Positions 63,905-64,000 of a DNA stretch of 64,000 bases are shown here, piece by piece (positions within the stretch are counted from its first letter, which is position 1; each line of letters begins with the position of its first letter). This DNA comes from Chiloscyllium plagiosum (taxonomy: Eukaryota), in contig NC_057750.1 in the NCBI RefSeq assembly GCF_004010195.1, positions 16,746,450-16,810,449 on the forward strand. Reading direction: 5' to 3'. The notes under the pieces are model-generated. The model searched no databases. It was given only the letters and a program-made list of their open reading frames with translations, and was not told the origin of the DNA. The position numbers and the translations under genes are program-made.

Positions 63905-64000
63905 GGTGCTTCTGGAAGGAAGTCTGGAGAAAGAAGCAGGGGTCTTTGCAAAGGTTTGACCTGAACTGCTCCATGACCCTGTACAGCCTGTTCCCTGGGA
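63905..64000 (+). pseudogene. Possible Tx1/L1 C-terminal relic
   Basis: CFWKEVWRK...LQRF....SMTLYSLFPG resembles the region after the CCHC finger in L1/Tx1 ORF2. Confidence 0.4.

Noticed and set aside
63906..64000. Host exon after the acceptor-like ctctcttttag
   Set aside because: The only open frame resembles an L1/Tx1 ORF2 C-terminal relic.

Overview
This is repeat-saturated, apparently intergenic or intronic DNA from a cartilaginous fish, inferred from about 10 HE1-type tRNA-derived SINEs and HER1/CR1 LINEs. It has five N-gaps and no host protein-coding gene that I can support. Main contents: (1) a near full-length decayed CR1 LINE (9226-13888, -) and a two-LTR Gmr1-like Ty3/Gypsy element with PR-IN-RT-RH order (14170-20732, +), both nested in one older CR1; (2) an inverted Penelope-like composite with RT and GIY-YIG remnants (32464-38157); (3) many short Penelope-terminus inserts carrying minimal hammerhead ribozyme motifs and flanked by 11-14 bp target-site duplications; (4) a 25-bp satellite (41651-48563) and a 19-bp satellite (52545-58165), the latter having co-amplified a 205-bp hammerhead-bearing module three times; (5) a ~330-bp foldback/MULE-like MITE with an 8-9 bp TSD; (6) RTE, Tx1/L1 and DeuSINE-like relics. 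The long Cys-rich and Pro/Ser/Gln-rich ORFs in the track are satellite artefacts. Family names come from motif recognition by eye, with no database search, and many boundaries are approximate.
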